DNA from: Chiloscyllium plagiosum
Taxonomy: Eukaryota
Length of the DNA: 64,000 bases
NCBI RefSeq assembly: GCF_004010195.1
Contig: NC_057719.1
Span: forward strand, 77,739,260 to 77,803,259
Direction of reading: 5' to 3'
Shown: in pieces, positions 63,011-64,000 of the stretch
How positions within the stretch are numbered: the first letter of the stretch is position 1
Layout of the letters: each line of letters begins with the position of its first letter
Notes under the pieces: generated by a model
The model's database searches: none
Told to the model about the DNA's origin: nothing
The model's input: the letters and a program-made list of their open reading frames with translations, nothing else
Translations under genes and position numbers: made by a program

Positions 63011-63159
63011 TTTTGTGTTAACTTCCATTGATGAATTTACATCAGGAGTATTTGTGAAGAACTATTTAAATATGCTATGTGCACTAGTAGTTAATCTCTG
63101 GTAGTTTCGTGAATGGGTAAGTTATTGATCCCAACAATTTTGCAACAGTTAAAATAATT

Positions 63160-64000
63160 TAGGGTGTAGGTTTGCTCTCTCAGCTGTAGGTTTGATATCC
63201 AGACATTTCATTACCTGGCTAGGTAACATCAGTGGCGACCTCCAAGTGAAGTGAAGCTGTTGTCTCCTGTTTTCTATTTATATGTTTGACTTGGATGGGG
63301 TTCCTGGGGTTTGTGGTGATGTCATTTCCTGTTTGTTTTCTGAGAGGTTGATAGATGGTATCTCGATCTGTGTTTGTTTATGGCGTTGTGGTTGGAGTGC
63401 CAGGCCTCTAGGAATTCTCTGCCATGTCTTTGCTTAGCCTGTCCCAGGATAGATGTGTTGTCCCAGTCGAATTGGTGGTTTTTTTCATCTGTGTGTAGGG
63501 CTACGAGGGAGAGAGGGTTGTGTCTTTTTGTGGCTAGCTAGTGTTCGTGTATCCTGGTGGCTAACTTTCTTCCTGTTTGTCCTACGTAGTGTTTGTGGCA
63601 GTCCTTGCATGGAATTTTGTAGATGACGTTGGTTTTGTCCATGGGTTGTACTGGGTCTTTTAAGTTTGTTAGTTTTTGTTTGAGAGTATTGGTGGGATTC
63701 TGAGGGGTCTTAGTCTGGCTGTCATTTCTGAAACTTCTTTGTATGGTAAGGTGGTTAGGGTTTCTGGCTGTGTTTGGTCTGCTTGTCGTGGTTTGTTCTT
63801 GGAATCTGGGGACTGTATTTTTTGAGTATCCGTTCTTCTTGAATATATTGTATAAGTGGTTCTCCTCTGTTTTCCGAAGTTCGTCTGTGCTACATTGTGT
63901 GGTGGCTCGTTGAAGTAGTGTTCTGATACAGCTTCGTTTGTGTGTGTTGGGATGGTTGCTGGTGTAGTTAAGTATTTGGTCAGTGTTTGTCGGTTTTCTG
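63160..64000 (-). mobile_element. Penelope (Poseidon-like) element: RT thumb + GIY-YIG + 3' hammerhead remnant; runs off the window end
   Basis: Minus strand RKPTNTDQILNYTSNHPNTHKRSCIRTL...KNGYSK and NVIYKIPCKDCHKHYVGQTGRKLATRIHEH; cca-CTGATG-TTACCTAGCCAGGTAAT-GAAATGTC-tgg at 63199-63235(-). Confidence 0.9.

Overview
Eukaryotic, AT-rich, CpG-depleted and repeat-dense window, very probably from a cartilaginous fish (shark/ray). The basis is the presence of HE1-type V-SINEs with their partner CR1/HER1-type LINEs. Most of the window is nested, decayed transposable elements: many CR1 LINE copies (one nearly full length at about 22.7-27.1 kb), several Penelope-like element (PLE) fragments, a young Tx1-type L1-clade LINE nested in a PLE, a Harbinger transposase relic split by a solo LTR, a Helentron-like non-autonomous element and SINEs. 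There is a 744-N assembly gap. Four small + strand exons (5777-5903, 6472-6499, 8743-8804, 27288-27363) have canonical splice sites and chain in one open frame, indicating a host protein-coding gene that I cannot name. The most notable unannotated signal is about a dozen minimal hammerhead-ribozyme motifs in PLE terminal repeats. These occur as TSD-flanked fold-back units and as ~125-bp insertions that start at the ribozyme core. All family assignments come from motif recognition by eye; no searches were run.
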